DNA from: Naegleria gruberi | Taxonomy: Eukaryota | Assembly (NCBI GenBank): GCA_000004985.1 | Contig: GG738848.1 | DNA: 64,000 nucleotides | Strand: one strand, 5' to 3' | Part shown: positions 20,514 to 31,532 of the stretch, piece after piece | Layout: each line of letters begins with the position of its first letter | Numbering within the stretch: position 1 is the stretch's first letter | Notes under the pieces: model-generated | Seen by the model: the letters and a program-made list of their open reading frames with translations, nothing else | Databases searched by the model: none | Told to the model about the DNA's origin: nothing | Translations under genes and position numbers: made by a program

Positions 20514-21137
20514 TTAATATTTGATCATATTTGTGAAATAGTCCCCGAGAGTTAGATAAATTGTTGGATGATAATTGTGGTCAATCATTCTATTCAAAAT
20601 AGTTTTTACATACTTTTTAAAGGTTTCACGAGTAATTTGAACTTCTTCAGAATTCGAACTCCATTCTTTTGTTGGTCCAAGAATAATTTCAATTTCCTTT
20701 CTAATTTCCTCTTGTGTTGATGAGTTAGCCAAACGTTTACTTGTCTATTATTGTCAAATAACAAGAGTGACAATAAAAGTGATGATCAATGTGATTGTAA
20801 AGATGATAATAGCAATGACGATCCGCAAATAGTGATAAAAGAATAACCATCAATTAATAGATTGAATAGTAGATTATCAACAACACATTCCATCAATATA
20901 TTCCAACAATATAAACATTGTTACTACTAGTTGTTGAAGATTACTACTAACCTCATCGTCTTCCTCCAAAATTTTTCTCCAATGTTCCTCATCTCTTGCT
21001 GTTACTTTACCAAATTTTTCCAATCGCTTGATCATAGCCTCCATTTCTTTAGAGTCCTGTACTGATTCTCCATTTTCACCTCCATTCTCTGTTGTTGTTG
21101 GAGTTGTTGGTGTTTTTGGCTCTGCTTCGACAGGCAT
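20514..21137 (-). CDS. hypothetical small protein, putative 2-exon gene (exons 21137..20952 and 20744..20514); model uncertain
   Basis: ATG at 21135-21137 (MPVEAEPKTPTTPTTTENGGENGESVQDSKEMEAMIKRLEKFGKVTARDEEHWRKILEEDDE). A GTTAGT donor at 20951 and an AATAG acceptor at 20745-20749 join it in frame to the open frame 20744..20514 (TSKRLANSSTQEEIRKEIEIILGPTKEWSSNSEEVQITRETFKKYVKTILNRMIDHNYHPTIYLTLGDYFTNMIKY*). That downstream frame's track start is a TTG artefact and it has no ATG of its own. The 207-nt intron is long for this locus, so the two pieces could also be unrelated. Confidence 0.35.
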
Positions 21138-22200
21138 TTTTTTATTGGCTTGATTGGTTAATCATCTATCACAAAATTCTTCTTTCGCTACTCGACATCA
21201 ATGGTTTCTTTGCCTTTTGATGATTACTTGTTGGTTATTATGCACACAATTGTTGACAGAATTTATTCAAGTTGTTAGGGAAACCAATTGTTACATTAGT
21301 TTAGAGAGTAAATAATGGGCTCAACTTTACAAAATATCAAATGAAAAATGTTTCTAAACAATATGTAAAAGCAAAAATCAACAAGCAAGTTGTGACCTAG
21401 GAAAGTGATGAAAACTCAGTAATCATCAGTCTTTTTATCCGTGGTTGTGAACTAGGTTGTAAAAATTAATCATCTTAACATATTCTTGTCAAAGTCTTTC
21501 GTGACAATGTTTTAACATTGACCGTTGCAACATTAGTTTCATTACAACAGTAAATCAAGGGGTTGGATAGTAGGAAACAATACATAGCCAAGTCAGATAA
21601 GGGATCATGTTTTAACAAAACTGTAGTAAAATTCCTTGTTTCTACAAATTTCGCCACTCATTCTCAATTTAGACAAAAATCAACAACTTTTTTTTCACAA
21701 CTGGTTGACGATCCTTAACGCGATGAACATCCAAATCTCCATTGATAAGCAACAACAACTGCTCATTGAATGATTATCTAATCACTAAAAACTTTTGTAT
21801 CAAAATAATTATTGGAAATGAAAGTGAAACTGGGTATTCAATCAAATTGTCTGATTGATTATCCACTACAGCTCGGTCTCAATGACGAGGAACAAAGGAT
21901 TCTCAAACTCTGGCCGAAATGATTGAATAAAAATAAATCATGACCAGAAAAGTTAATTTTGCGAGAGAAATCACCGTTATGAATCGCCTCCAAGCAATAA
22001 TATTGTAGCGCTAGCTAATCAATTTGACAAAAAAAACGTGCGTTCAATCAATTGTACAAACCGCCAAACAACAACAACAACTAGTGATAGGTACTTTCAA
22101 TAACAAGTTTGTTCCTATTCCCAACCCATTTCATACCTAGAGATTTATGCTCCTATAAGCCAATCATTTTCTATAATTTCATTCCTTACAAATCATCATC

Positions 22201-23964
22201 ATGAATTTTGAATCAAACATCCCAAAGAACTCTTCCCTTGAAGACTTTTTTAGTGGTGTTTTCAATACTAGTGCATCACACTCTTTCATGATGAATAATG
22301 ATGATAACATGTACTTGGATGAAAATGTTAATGAATTCTTTGGAACTAGTCCTGAGCAAGATCCATTCTCCTCCTACTTCCCTTTCAATAATAACAATAA
22401 TAGTTTTTATGCCACCTCCTTCCCTGAAAATTCATCACCAATTAATAACATCAATGAAACCCAACAACAAATTGCCAAATCCTCCTCTATCCTCTCCCTA
22501 ACTGATTTTAAGCCTTCCTTCTCTAGAACCTCTTCCTCTACCTCATTTGCAGGATTGCAAACCCCATCTATTCTCCACAATGGTGAATCCTCGCCGATGG
22601 AAAGCTTCCATCAAATGGATGAATTCCAACGTCAATTAGATGAAGATTTTTTGAGAAATGGTGGTGTTACCTCTCTCAATATTTCTTCAGAAAGTGCTTT
22701 CAAACCAAGATCTGATCAACATTTGTTTAAATTTAATAAGCAAATGGACTTTTTAAGCGGTATTCCAAAACCATCAACTACAGAATCAAATCAAGACATT
22801 TTTGCCTCATTGAATGATATTTCAGAGTCACTTATTGAAGAACCACCAAAAGATTCTACTATTGATGCTATGGATACTTCGAGTGTAAATTCCAAAACTA
22901 CACCTGGTCTTCCACCAGGTCATAAGATAATCAACGGTGAAATGTATAATGACAGAGGATATAAGATTTGTGGTTTTATGAATCAACATAATAGACCATG
23001 TCAAAGAATTGGTAAATGCCCATTCCACGATAGAATGAAGAGTGATAAACCTTTATCCACAAATAGTGATGGTATTATTGCTGCTCAGGATAGTATTGAA
23101 CCAGAACATTTTGCACCAACTCAGGTCGTTAAAGAAAAGAAGAAGAGTGAAAAGAAATCAAAGAAGAAACAAGACGAAACTCTGTTAGAAGTTCCATCAG
23201 TTGAATCTTTGACTACAAGTACTACCACAGCCAGTGCTTCAACAACAACTGAAGATAAACCAGCAACCAAGAAGCCATACAAGCAAGGTTGGACCAAGGA
23301 AGAACATATTCTCTTCCTTAAAGGTCTTGAACTTCACGGCAAGGGAAGCTGGAAGGAAATAAGTGCAATTGTTGGTACAAGAAGTCCAACTCAAATCCAA
23401 TCACATGCTCAAAAATATTTCCTCAGACAAAAACAACAAAAGAAGAATAAGCGATCAATTCATGACTTTACAATGGATGACATGAAGAAACAAGATTCAG
23501 TTGAAGAAGTTGAAGAAAACAATCACAAGAGAAAGAGAAACAAATCCAAATCAAAAGAATCCAAGAAGACTGGAGCTGTTCATTCTGAAGATTCATTATC
23601 ATCAGAACCACAATTAGAAGTATTTGGTGAAACTCTTGTTGGTGATGCTAATGCCTCACTTATGAAACAATTCACTTTAGCTCCTCCTAAACCACAACAA
23701 CCTCAACCACAAGATGCAAACTATATGGATATTATTAACAAGTTGAACCATTTGAAAAGCTTTCCCAAACAGTCACCTTCTACTGGCAAGTCTTCTGCTT
23801 TCAGCAGCGTTTCCTCGGACGAATTAGACTTTCACTTCAATACAAACAACGAATCAATTCCAACAGTTACAGAGGAACATTCTGATCTTTATGATGCTTG
23901 GGAAATTGGCGAATCATCAACAATAGATGATGTTGCTCCTTTCCAAAAGAAAATCAAATTGTAA
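22201..23964 (+). CDS. Myb/SANT DNA-binding protein, SHAQKYF class
   Basis: ATG at 22201. There is a single Myb repeat, KKPYKQGWTKEEHILFLKGLELHGKGSWKEISAIVGTRSPTQIQSHAQKYFLRQKQ. The rest is N/S/T-rich low complexity plus a small Cys/His cluster (CGFMNQHNRPCQRIGKCPFHD). 587 aa, no intron seen. Confidence 0.8.
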   Translation: MNFESNIPKNSSLEDFFSGVFNTSASHSFMMNNDDNMYLDENVNEFFGTSPEQDPFSSYFPFNNNNNSFYATSFPENSSPINNINETQQQIAKSSSILSLTDFKPSFSRTSSSTSFAGLQTPSILHNGESSPMESFHQMDEFQRQLDEDFLRNGGVTSLNISSESAFKPRSDQHLFKFNKQMDFLSGIPKPSTTESNQDIFASLNDISESLIEEPPKDSTIDAMDTSSVNSKTTPGLPPGHKIINGEMYNDRGYKICGFMNQHNRPCQRIGKCPFHDRMKSDKPLSTNSDGIIAAQDSIEPEHFAPTQVVKEKKKSEKKSKKKQDETLLEVPSVESLTTSTTTASASTTTEDKPATKKPYKQGWTKEEHILFLKGLELHGKGSWKEISAIVGTRSPTQIQSHAQKYFLRQKQQKKNKRSIHDFTMDDMKKQDSVEEVEENNHKRKRNKSKSKESKKTGAVHSEDSLSSEPQLEVFGETLVGDANASLMKQFTLAPPKPQQPQPQDANYMDIINKLNHLKSFPKQSPSTGKSSAFSSVSSDELDFHFNTNNESIPTVTEEHSDLYDAWEIGESSTIDDVAPFQKKIKL

Positions 23965-24041
23965 AATAAGAAGATAAAGTTTTCTCCAATAATCTAGATT
24001 AAATAGAACCTTTTTAGAAAAAGTTATCTTCACACAAAAAA

Positions 24042-27000
24042 ATGGTCACCAACAGTCACAACCATTTTCTTATCATCACAATCATCACTCTCCTCTTGTT
24101 TTCGGAGAGATTATTTTGCCAACAAATGCCCAAAGTTAACCTCTTTGTGGATACAACATCAACAACACCTTCGATAAATAATTGCACAACAATAGAAAGT
24201 CCATGTACTTCAATACTGGAAGCAGTAGGAATTGTGGACACTTTTAATTCTGTGAGGAGTGCAACTGCATTCTCCATTTTACTTTTATCTGACATTATTA
24301 AAAATGATGAAGGAATTAACTGTTTTGTTCCTATAACTTTGAAAAATCCAAGTTTTGTCTCAAAATTTACTTTCCAAGCCTACAATAACACAATTCGATC
24401 GGAATGCCAAATAATTTTAAATTCAAATGTATTTATTACTTTTTCTAACATAGAATTTACATCAGTAGAATCACTTCCAACATCAGTTGAAGTTGTTACA
24501 ATAGAATATTCTTATTGTAAATTTATTGGAATTAATGTGGTGAAGACTTTTGTGAGAGGTTTATATTCTTTTGCAAATTCTATCATTGAGAATAGCTCTA
24601 TAGAAATTAGGTCTGCCTATGGGATAACATTTAGAGATTCAATTATCAGGAATAGTCAACTCAAATTTTCATCTTCAAACTCGTTTTTTTTCATGAGTAG
24701 TGAATTAAGAGATTCTTCAATGACAGTAGAAGATACAAGGACATCCCAAGCTCTATATTCAAAATTTTATAATGATTCCTCAAGCTTTTTTTCGATTGGA
24801 TCTTTGAGTTTTTTCAATTCTAATTTTGATCAAGGAAGATTAAGGGAATATTTCTTTATCAATAGTTTAGTAATGCAATCATGTACATCCAACAGCGGTA
24901 AATGGTTCAACGCTAGATCAATAATTTCGGCAGCATTCACAGATTGTACAATAACTGGTGATGGAAGAAATAGAAACTCTGAATCAGTTTTATTAGATAC
25001 AATAGATTCTGTGAGGATTATTGGCTTTGTTATTACAAATTATAAGGGCAGTGGTATTAGAAGTTTTAATATTGGAAATTTGAGTATTTTATCCTCAATA
25101 TGCAAAAATCTGGAATCTTTTGCCGGAGATGCGTGCTTTACAACTTCAGGTGTTAATATAGTTACTTTTGACCAGTGCTATTTCACAAATACTTTAGGTA
25201 CATCTCTTTCAATTTCGAGCACAAACGAAATTACCGTTAAGAATTCATTATTTTCGAATGGCATTGGTACATCCATTAATGCTCTTATTTCAGAAAATCT
25301 ATTGTTAGACTCAGTTTCCTTCCTAAATAATACAATTGCACCAAGGGTAAACGAATTACAAAATGGTTTTGACCTTAGTATAATGAATATTCGTCAAGTA
25401 ACTATTCGATCCACAACAACAAATGGCCCAGAAATTACAAATGGTTTTAGTATTTATTGCAGATTACTAAACGTTAAAAAAGTAAAAGGGGAGTTTGAAT
25501 GCAAGAGATCTAGTTCTGGACAAGTTAGTGGCTGCTTTTTTATGTGGTTAAATGAACCGTATGTGCCTGGAACTGTAGATGTTGAGGTCAAGACAAATCA
25601 AGATATTTCTAAATTGGAATATGGAAAACTAATTGCTTCAACGCCAAATAGAGTGGAGGTCAGCCCAGATAATGAAGTATATAAGAATGGGATGGTGAAT
25701 TTATATCCGGGTCAAGTTACAAATTTGAAATTATTGGCATATGATTACCTTAATATTAGTCAGCCATATCTTTACAAAAGGTTAATTTTACAAATGAATG
25801 GAACCCACATTTATTCAGATGATTTTGTAAACACTACTATGATGGGGGTTTCATTTTACATATTTCATCCCTCACTTATAGGTACAGTTGCATATATGAA
25901 GTTTATCAGGGAGCGTACAATATCAAATGTGTCAGTATTAATTTCTGATTGCCCTTCTGGACATAAACTAAGTTGTGTAAATGAGAACCACTATATTTGC
26001 GAAAAAGTTTTGGATCTGACTTCTATAGTTGTTGGTGCTGTATTTGGATTTATTTTGCTATTAATTATAGGTATATCAGTAGGGTCAATTTCATTTTATG
26101 TTGTTAGAAAACAAGTTGTAAACAAACTTAAAACTCTGAAAAACAAAGAGATGGCTGAAAAGGAAATACAAGAAAAGATTATTTCTAAGGATATCATTTT
26201 TGATGGATTGGAAAGTGAAGGAAATTGTATAGATTCCACAAAATTTGCCCCATCATTTTTAATTCCTGTAGATAGCCTTTGTATCGTTAAACAATTAGGT
26301 TCAGGAGGAGGAGGAATTGTTTATGAGTGCACCTGGTATGTTTTTAATTTATTTTGATTATTCAAATTTGAATTTTTGTGGAATTAGGAATGGAACTCAG
26401 GTTGCAATTAAAACTATAAGAAATGATAATGTGGACAATGAGGAATTTGAGACTGAGGTTTCACTTCTTAAGAGTTTAAGGTAAGCATATAGAATATTTG
26501 AAAAATAGTGGTCTAACTCAAACAGACATCCAAATATTGTTTCTTTTTATGGAATAAGTCTAACTTCTAACTCTAAAATTCTAGTTATTGAATATATGGA
26601 GAAAGGTAGCTTGGATACTCTAATTAACGAGTGTAGGGTAGGAAGAACTTCAATTTCACTAAAAAAGAAATTGGATATTTTGCTTGATATTTCCAGTGGT
26701 ATGGATTATCTTCACACAATCAATCCAAAGATTATTCATAGGTAAGTTCAGAAATAATATTAATTTTCTAATTATTTCATTCTAATTACAGAGATTTAAA
26801 ACCTGGTAATGTCTTGCTGGATAAGAATTTAAGATGTAAAATTTCAGATTTTGGATTGAGTAAAGTTTCTACTGAGGGAACAATGACACAAAATATAGGT
26901 ACCATGTTGTATCTAGCTCCAGGTAAGTTTTAATCTAGTCTCATTGTGTTGTAAAATATCTCCAGAGATGTTTAACGGTACCAATCCAAGCGAAATATCA

Positions 27001-27387
27001 GAAAAATTGGACGTCTTTAGTTTCAGTATTATAATGTATGAATTACTGTTTGAAGTTACGCCCTACCTGACTTTTTCATCAAGAAAGATTTATCGTTTTC
27101 GATCTGCTCCAAATATCAATCAAGATACTGCAGCCTTCTCAGTTCCATCAAAGGTTGCAAAAGGAATTCGTCCAGTAGTTCCCTTCTTAAATGATGAAGA
27201 GTTGGAATTGTGGGTTCAGGAACATATTTATCCCTCAGAACAATCCACACTGAATTCACTCCAAACCTGCATTACAATTATTTCCAGATATGTTTCATTG
27301 ATGCAAAAATGTTGGAGTCAAACACCTAGTGAAAGACCCTCATTCTCATACATTTTACATGAATTATCAAATCTTCAATCTCTTTAA
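24042..27387 (+). CDS. receptor-like protein kinase (TKL/tyrosine-kinase-like) with a signal peptide, Cys-containing beta-helix-like ectodomain, one TM helix and a 5-exon kinase domain
   Basis: Exons: 24042..26335, 26388..26480, 26526..26741, 26792..26922, 26966..27387. Introns of 43-52 nt begin GTATGT, GTAAGC, GTAAGT, GTAAGT. Spliced kinase motifs: [14 protein letters not shown]|[10 protein letters not shown] (GxGxxG/VAIK), [12 protein letters not shown] (catalytic loop across intron 3), DFGLSK, and LAPEMFNG (APE across intron 4). There is an N-terminal signal peptide and a TM segment [27 protein letters not shown]. The ectodomain has repeated N.I..SSI.I beta-helix-like segments. Confidence 0.85.
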
Positions 27388-27544
27388 TTGTTTTGGATAA
27401 TTAATTTTATACTTTACAATAATTGGACACAACTGCGCATAAACAAACCAATAAATATCTATGGTTACCGAATGTTACGCATAACACCAAGGAAGCACAT
27501 ATTGACGGATGCATTCTATTGAAATCATGTTTACAATAAAAAAA

Positions 27545-28888
27545 ATGTCGCAACAACCAACAATGCCTTCCCTTTCCAAACGTTCAGAACACTTCTCTGT
27601 AAATCCAAGTTTTGTATTGGCAATGGGAAAGGTATTTTCCAATGTCTATCATCCTGAGAATAATCCGAATGGTATTATAAATTTAGCTGTTGCTGAAAAT
27701 GTTCTTGTTTCCGATTGGCTTTGCAAGACTTTTCATCAAGTTGCTGTTGATTCTCCTCTTTTACCTATTAATTTGAATTATACAAATTTCTGTGGAGAAA
27801 ATAATTTCCGAAAGTATTTGGTTGATAATTTGATGAACAAGCACATCTTTAAGAGATTGGGAAATTCTGAATTTGATAAGGAATTTGCTAACATTAATAA
27901 TTATTACTTGTGTAATGGTGCAGGAAACGTTATTGAAATGTTGGCTGCTACTATTTGTGATGCTGGTGAATATATCATGGTTCCAGCTCCTTTGTATTTG
28001 GGATTTGAGAATGATTTTAATAAGAGATTCTTTGCTAAAGTTCTCCCAGTTGATATGGAATTTGATTCATCATCAAATACATACAAATTAACAGTTGAAA
28101 AAGTTAGAGAAACATATGAGGAACATAGTAAGACAAAGAGTATTAGAGGATTTCTATTATGTAATCCAAACAATCCTACTGGTGATTTGTTTGGTTCTGC
28201 AATTGTTAGACAATTGATTGATTTTTGTAAGGAAAAGAATATTCACTACATTAGTGATGAATTGTATGCTTTATCTGTTTTTGATCCAAATACTAGTTTT
28301 GAAAGTGTTTCAAATGTAATGACTGAGGATGATAGAAATCATGTTCATGTTATTTATTCCTTTTCAAAGGATTTGTGTTTGAATGGTTTTAGAATGGGTG
28401 TGTTATTTACAATGAATACTGGTGTGAAAGCTGTATTTGATTCATGTTCTTACTTTATGGGAGTTTCATCTGGAACACAACACATGATGGCCAACTTTTT
28501 AAAGAATGAAGAATATGTGGAAAATTATCTCAATCTTAATAAGAGCAAGTTATTGGAACAATACACAATGATGTGTGATTATTTCAAACAACATGACATT
28601 ACCTATGTTGATGCTAAGGCTGGCCTATTTGTTTGGTTCAATCTTGAAAGACAAATGAAGAAGTACCTTACTAGAAAGCATCCAGAAATTGATGTGAGCT
28701 TGCCTCTCACAGAGCAAGAAGAATACGAAGTATGGTTGGATGCCATCGATATTGCAGCTGTTAATGTTTCTGCTGGCAGTTTCTTTAAGACTAAACAATT
28801 TGGTTGGTTGAGAATTTGTTTCACCTCTGCTCATTGGCCAACAATGAAAATTGGTTTAGATAGATTATTTAATTTATTAAATCATTAA
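27545..28888 (+). CDS. class-I PLP-dependent aminotransferase, 1-aminocyclopropane-1-carboxylate (ACC) synthase-like
   Basis: ACS-family motifs: NPNGIINLAVAENVL, LLCNPNNPTGD, SFSKDLCLNGFRMG (PLP-binding Lys) and GWLRICF. I place the start at the third in-frame ATG (27545, aaaaaaaATGtcg), which has the A-rich context; the track start at 27509 is the first ATG of the same frame. Confidence 0.8.
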   Translation: MSQQPTMPSLSKRSEHFSVNPSFVLAMGKVFSNVYHPENNPNGIINLAVAENVLVSDWLCKTFHQVAVDSPLLPINLNYTNFCGENNFRKYLVDNLMNKHIFKRLGNSEFDKEFANINNYYLCNGAGNVIEMLAATICDAGEYIMVPAPLYLGFENDFNKRFFAKVLPVDMEFDSSSNTYKLTVEKVRETYEEHSKTKSIRGFLLCNPNNPTGDLFGSAIVRQLIDFCKEKNIHYISDELYALSVFDPNTSFESVSNVMTEDDRNHVHVIYSFSKDLCLNGFRMGVLFTMNTGVKAVFDSCSYFMGVSSGTQHMMANFLKNEEYVENYLNLNKSKLLEQYTMMCDYFKQHDITYVDAKAGLFVWFNLERQMKKYLTRKHPEIDVSLPLTEQEEYEVWLDAIDIAAVNVSAGSFFKTKQFGWLRICFTSAHWPTMKIGLDRLFNLLNH

Positions 28889-28898
28889 ACTATTGATC

Positions 28899-30512
28899 TC
28901 ATTTCACTTTCATATTTGGGTGAACACCTGTAACGAGTAGTGCTTTGGATTTGCCGTTGATGTTTGCTCTATTGATGGAAAAACTTGGAGCATTAATGTG
29001 TTTCACATTCTTGCAATCCCTAATTTCACCTCCTAATGAGTTGTTACATTTCACCGATTTCAAATCGTTACAGTTAGAAAGAGAAAAGAATTTACAACTC
29101 CTAGAATTCTTTGAAAGGTCAATGGTTGAAAGTTTGGAACAATTGTCGAGAGTAAGATTTGATATAATAGAGTTGTCCAGAATGTTTGCCATCTCATCGT
29201 CTTCAATTTTTGTATTTTTGATTGTTAATTTCAAATCTGAAGACCGTATTTCTACATATTTAAGCTTTTCCATATTTTCAATTACGAGTGAAATTGAAGA
29301 AATATCAACTGATAGTTTCCTCAGCGTTCTACAATCCTTAACTACCCAATTCGAAATAGATGAAGAGTTAGATGAATGAACTCTTATTTTTCTAATACTC
29401 TTAAAAATTGATAAATCCATTAAATAAGACAGCCACGTAGAGAATGTAGATTCTGAAAAATCCAAATGTGATTGAATGTCCAATTCCAATGATTGAAGTA
29501 AGCTCAACTTGGGTAATGTCAATGTACATAATGTCTCTTGCTTAATTGCTAACCCCAGCGTATCCAATACAGGACAATCAAGAATGTGAATTCCTTTCTC
29601 TTCCTCTCTTGAAAAATTATTTACAGTAAGCTTTTTCAAATTCGGCAAATTGGAGAATTTGAATTTGTCACAGTATGAATCCAGGTACTTTCCATTAAAA
29701 GAAAGAGTGTACGTAGATGTTTTAAGGGATATGGATTTGATATTTGGTGTTAAAAGGTAATGTTGAGAATGAGATGTCGTCTCACTATTATTGTAACATG
29801 GCGAAGGCAGTGTATGAAATTGAAAATGTTTCAATTTTGGAAAATGGTTTCCCAGCTGCATAACAAATGAATCGTCTCGTAAGTGTACAGTTATTGATAA
29901 ATATTTCAAATTTTCAAAATGATCCTTAAATCCTTCATATAATGAAATCTTCTTAAATTTGATTGATTTGAATGTCAAAATTAAATGTTTTAAATTTGGA
30001 ACCCAAGAGGGGTTGAGTAAAAATTGATGCATATTTGAAGATTCGATGTGCACAGAAGTTAATTGATTCACTTTTGTGAATAATTCATGGCAAACCTTTT
30101 CAGATACTTGCAAACAATTGGTAGAATACCATTCCCTAATTGCAAAATTACTCCTCTCAATAATTTCCAATAACTTTTCCTCCTTCAAAATTGAACGTTT
30201 AGAGAAGCAATCATTCTTTAATAAAATTGATCTGAGAGTTTGATTGTCACCACTTGGTTTTGCAAGTGAGGAATCCAAATATATTGTTTTAAATATCAAT
30301 CCCGAGAGTAATCCTCTCTCAATCACATTATAAAAACACTTGTTTATATATTTGAGACAAGCAAAAAATTCCGTGGTAGAGGAATATTGCAAAATAGTGG
30401 CAACAATCTCATCAATTGAGAATAGGCAATAATCCAACTTTTTAACCTTTCTTTGAGGATTCTCATTCATTGCTCGAGCCGAAGAAGAAATAGATGCTCG
30501 GCTTCGTTTCAT
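28899..30512 (-). CDS. F-box-like / leucine-rich-repeat (RNI-type) protein
   Basis: ATG at 30510-30512 after an A8 run. The N-terminus is F-box-like (DYCLFSIDEIVATILQYSSTTEFFACLKYINKCF). Many L..L..L.L..C/N repeats follow (LPNLKKLTVNNF, LTLPKLSLLQSLELD, LKYLSITVHL...). 537 aa, single ORF. Confidence 0.7.
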   Translation of the reverse strand: MKRSRASISSSARAMNENPQRKVKKLDYCLFSIDEIVATILQYSSTTEFFACLKYINKCFYNVIERGLLSGLIFKTIYLDSSLAKPSGDNQTLRSILLKNDCFSKRSILKEEKLLEIIERSNFAIREWYSTNCLQVSEKVCHELFTKVNQLTSVHIESSNMHQFLLNPSWVPNLKHLILTFKSIKFKKISLYEGFKDHFENLKYLSITVHLRDDSFVMQLGNHFPKLKHFQFHTLPSPCYNNSETTSHSQHYLLTPNIKSISLKTSTYTLSFNGKYLDSYCDKFKFSNLPNLKKLTVNNFSREEEKGIHILDCPVLDTLGLAIKQETLCTLTLPKLSLLQSLELDIQSHLDFSESTFSTWLSYLMDLSIFKSIRKIRVHSSNSSSISNWVVKDCRTLRKLSVDISSISLVIENMEKLKYVEIRSSDLKLTIKNTKIEDDEMANILDNSIISNLTLDNCSKLSTIDLSKNSRSCKFFSLSNCNDLKSVKCNNSLGGEIRDCKNVKHINAPSFSINRANINGKSKALLVTGVHPNMKVK

Positions 30513-30576
30513 TTTTTTTGTTGAATTTATTTACAATTCATTTGGACAATCTTGCCTAGACATGTATCGAACAATG

Positions 30577-31401
30577 TTAATTCTTGGTGGTGCCTCCTCT
30601 GTATTCAGAGATTGGTTTAGTAAAAGTGGTATTTCTATTCCATGGATTTGTGCTGGAGACTGGAGCTGAATGGTAAATGTTAGTGTGGAGTAAAGAGTTG
30701 AGGGGATTTTGGTTTTTGGCTTGTTCTGTGTGGAATGTGATTGGAATGTCTGATTTGTAAGTTTCATTTGTTTTCATCATACTGTTTGAGAGAGGTGGAA
30801 CGTTTCGTTCGTGTTCAACATGGTAAGTTGTCTTGTAAGATTCCTCCAGAACGGCTCTCTTATGAGCTTCTGAGTACAATTGTTCTTGTTGATCCAATTC
30901 TTTTGCTGCTTGTTCCAATAATTGTCTTTCTTCCATTTTCTTTCTTCTACCAATTACATTTTCCTCTTTTGGAAGAGCTGGTGGATTATATTTACGAGAA
31001 TTCAAACTCTTCTTAAATTCCTCGTCATTTCCAGTAATCATCATTGTTGATTTTTCCTTTTCCTTAGGTGTTGTATTAATGTAATCAGCAAAGAATGTTG
31101 TTGTTTTGCCTGTCAAATCCGTTGCCACTGTTGCACTATTCTTTCCCCTTCGGAAGTGTTGTTGTTCATTGAGATGAGGTGGCCCTCTATTTTGTTTTGA
31201 TGGCAAATTAGTATCAATTGTTGCCTCTTCTTGCCAATTACCAACCAAAACTCCCTTTCCGTGATTGTGTCTATTGTACTGACTCTCCTCAACCCAATCT
31301 CCATCTATATGGCTCGTATCTAAATTCCTAAAGGCTCTCTGTCTTCTATCCACCGTTCTACCTGGATCAGGTAAATAAGGCTCGTTGATTGTTCTATTCA
31401 T
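30577..31401 (-). CDS. hypothetical protein (274 aa, N/Q/K/E-rich with central coiled-coil-like segment)
   Basis: ATG at 31399-31401 after an A7 run; continuous ORF. Residues MNRTINEPYLPDPGRTVDRRQRAFRNLD... then ...RRKKMEERQLLEQAAKELDQQEQLYSEAHKRAVLEESYK. No confident homology. Confidence 0.55.
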   Translation of the reverse strand: MNRTINEPYLPDPGRTVDRRQRAFRNLDTSHIDGDWVEESQYNRHNHGKGVLVGNWQEEATIDTNLPSKQNRGPPHLNEQQHFRRGKNSATVATDLTGKTTTFFADYINTTPKEKEKSTMMITGNDEEFKKSLNSRKYNPPALPKEENVIGRRKKMEERQLLEQAAKELDQQEQLYSEAHKRAVLEESYKTTYHVEHERNVPPLSNSMMKTNETYKSDIPITFHTEQAKNQNPLNSLLHTNIYHSAPVSSTNPWNRNTTFTKPISEYRGGTTKN

Positions 31402-31532
31402 TTTTTTCTTATTTGAATTTAAGGAGAACTGTAAATATTAATAATAATTGTGAGAGCCAAAATGGGAAATTGATAGACTCTGATGTCAAAATATTGGCGC
31501 TTATTATCAAAATTAATTTCTTATTGAATTTT

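Noticed and set aside
21140-22200. A 1-kb divergent intergenic region upstream of the Myb gene, with the small ORF 21475..21657 and an ATGACGA...CTGA-like motif that recalls a C/D snoRNA.
   Set aside because: The ORF has no features. The C box is imperfect and no terminal stem was found. It is most likely a promoter and 5'-UTR region.
30577-31401. Weak N-terminal resemblance of the hypothetical protein (YLPDPGRTVDRRQRAFRN...) to flagellar RIB43A proteins (LP.DP...RR.RE..RQ.RFFN).
   Set aside because: It is only a few residues in a low-complexity context, and dictyostelids lack cilia. It is not enough to call.
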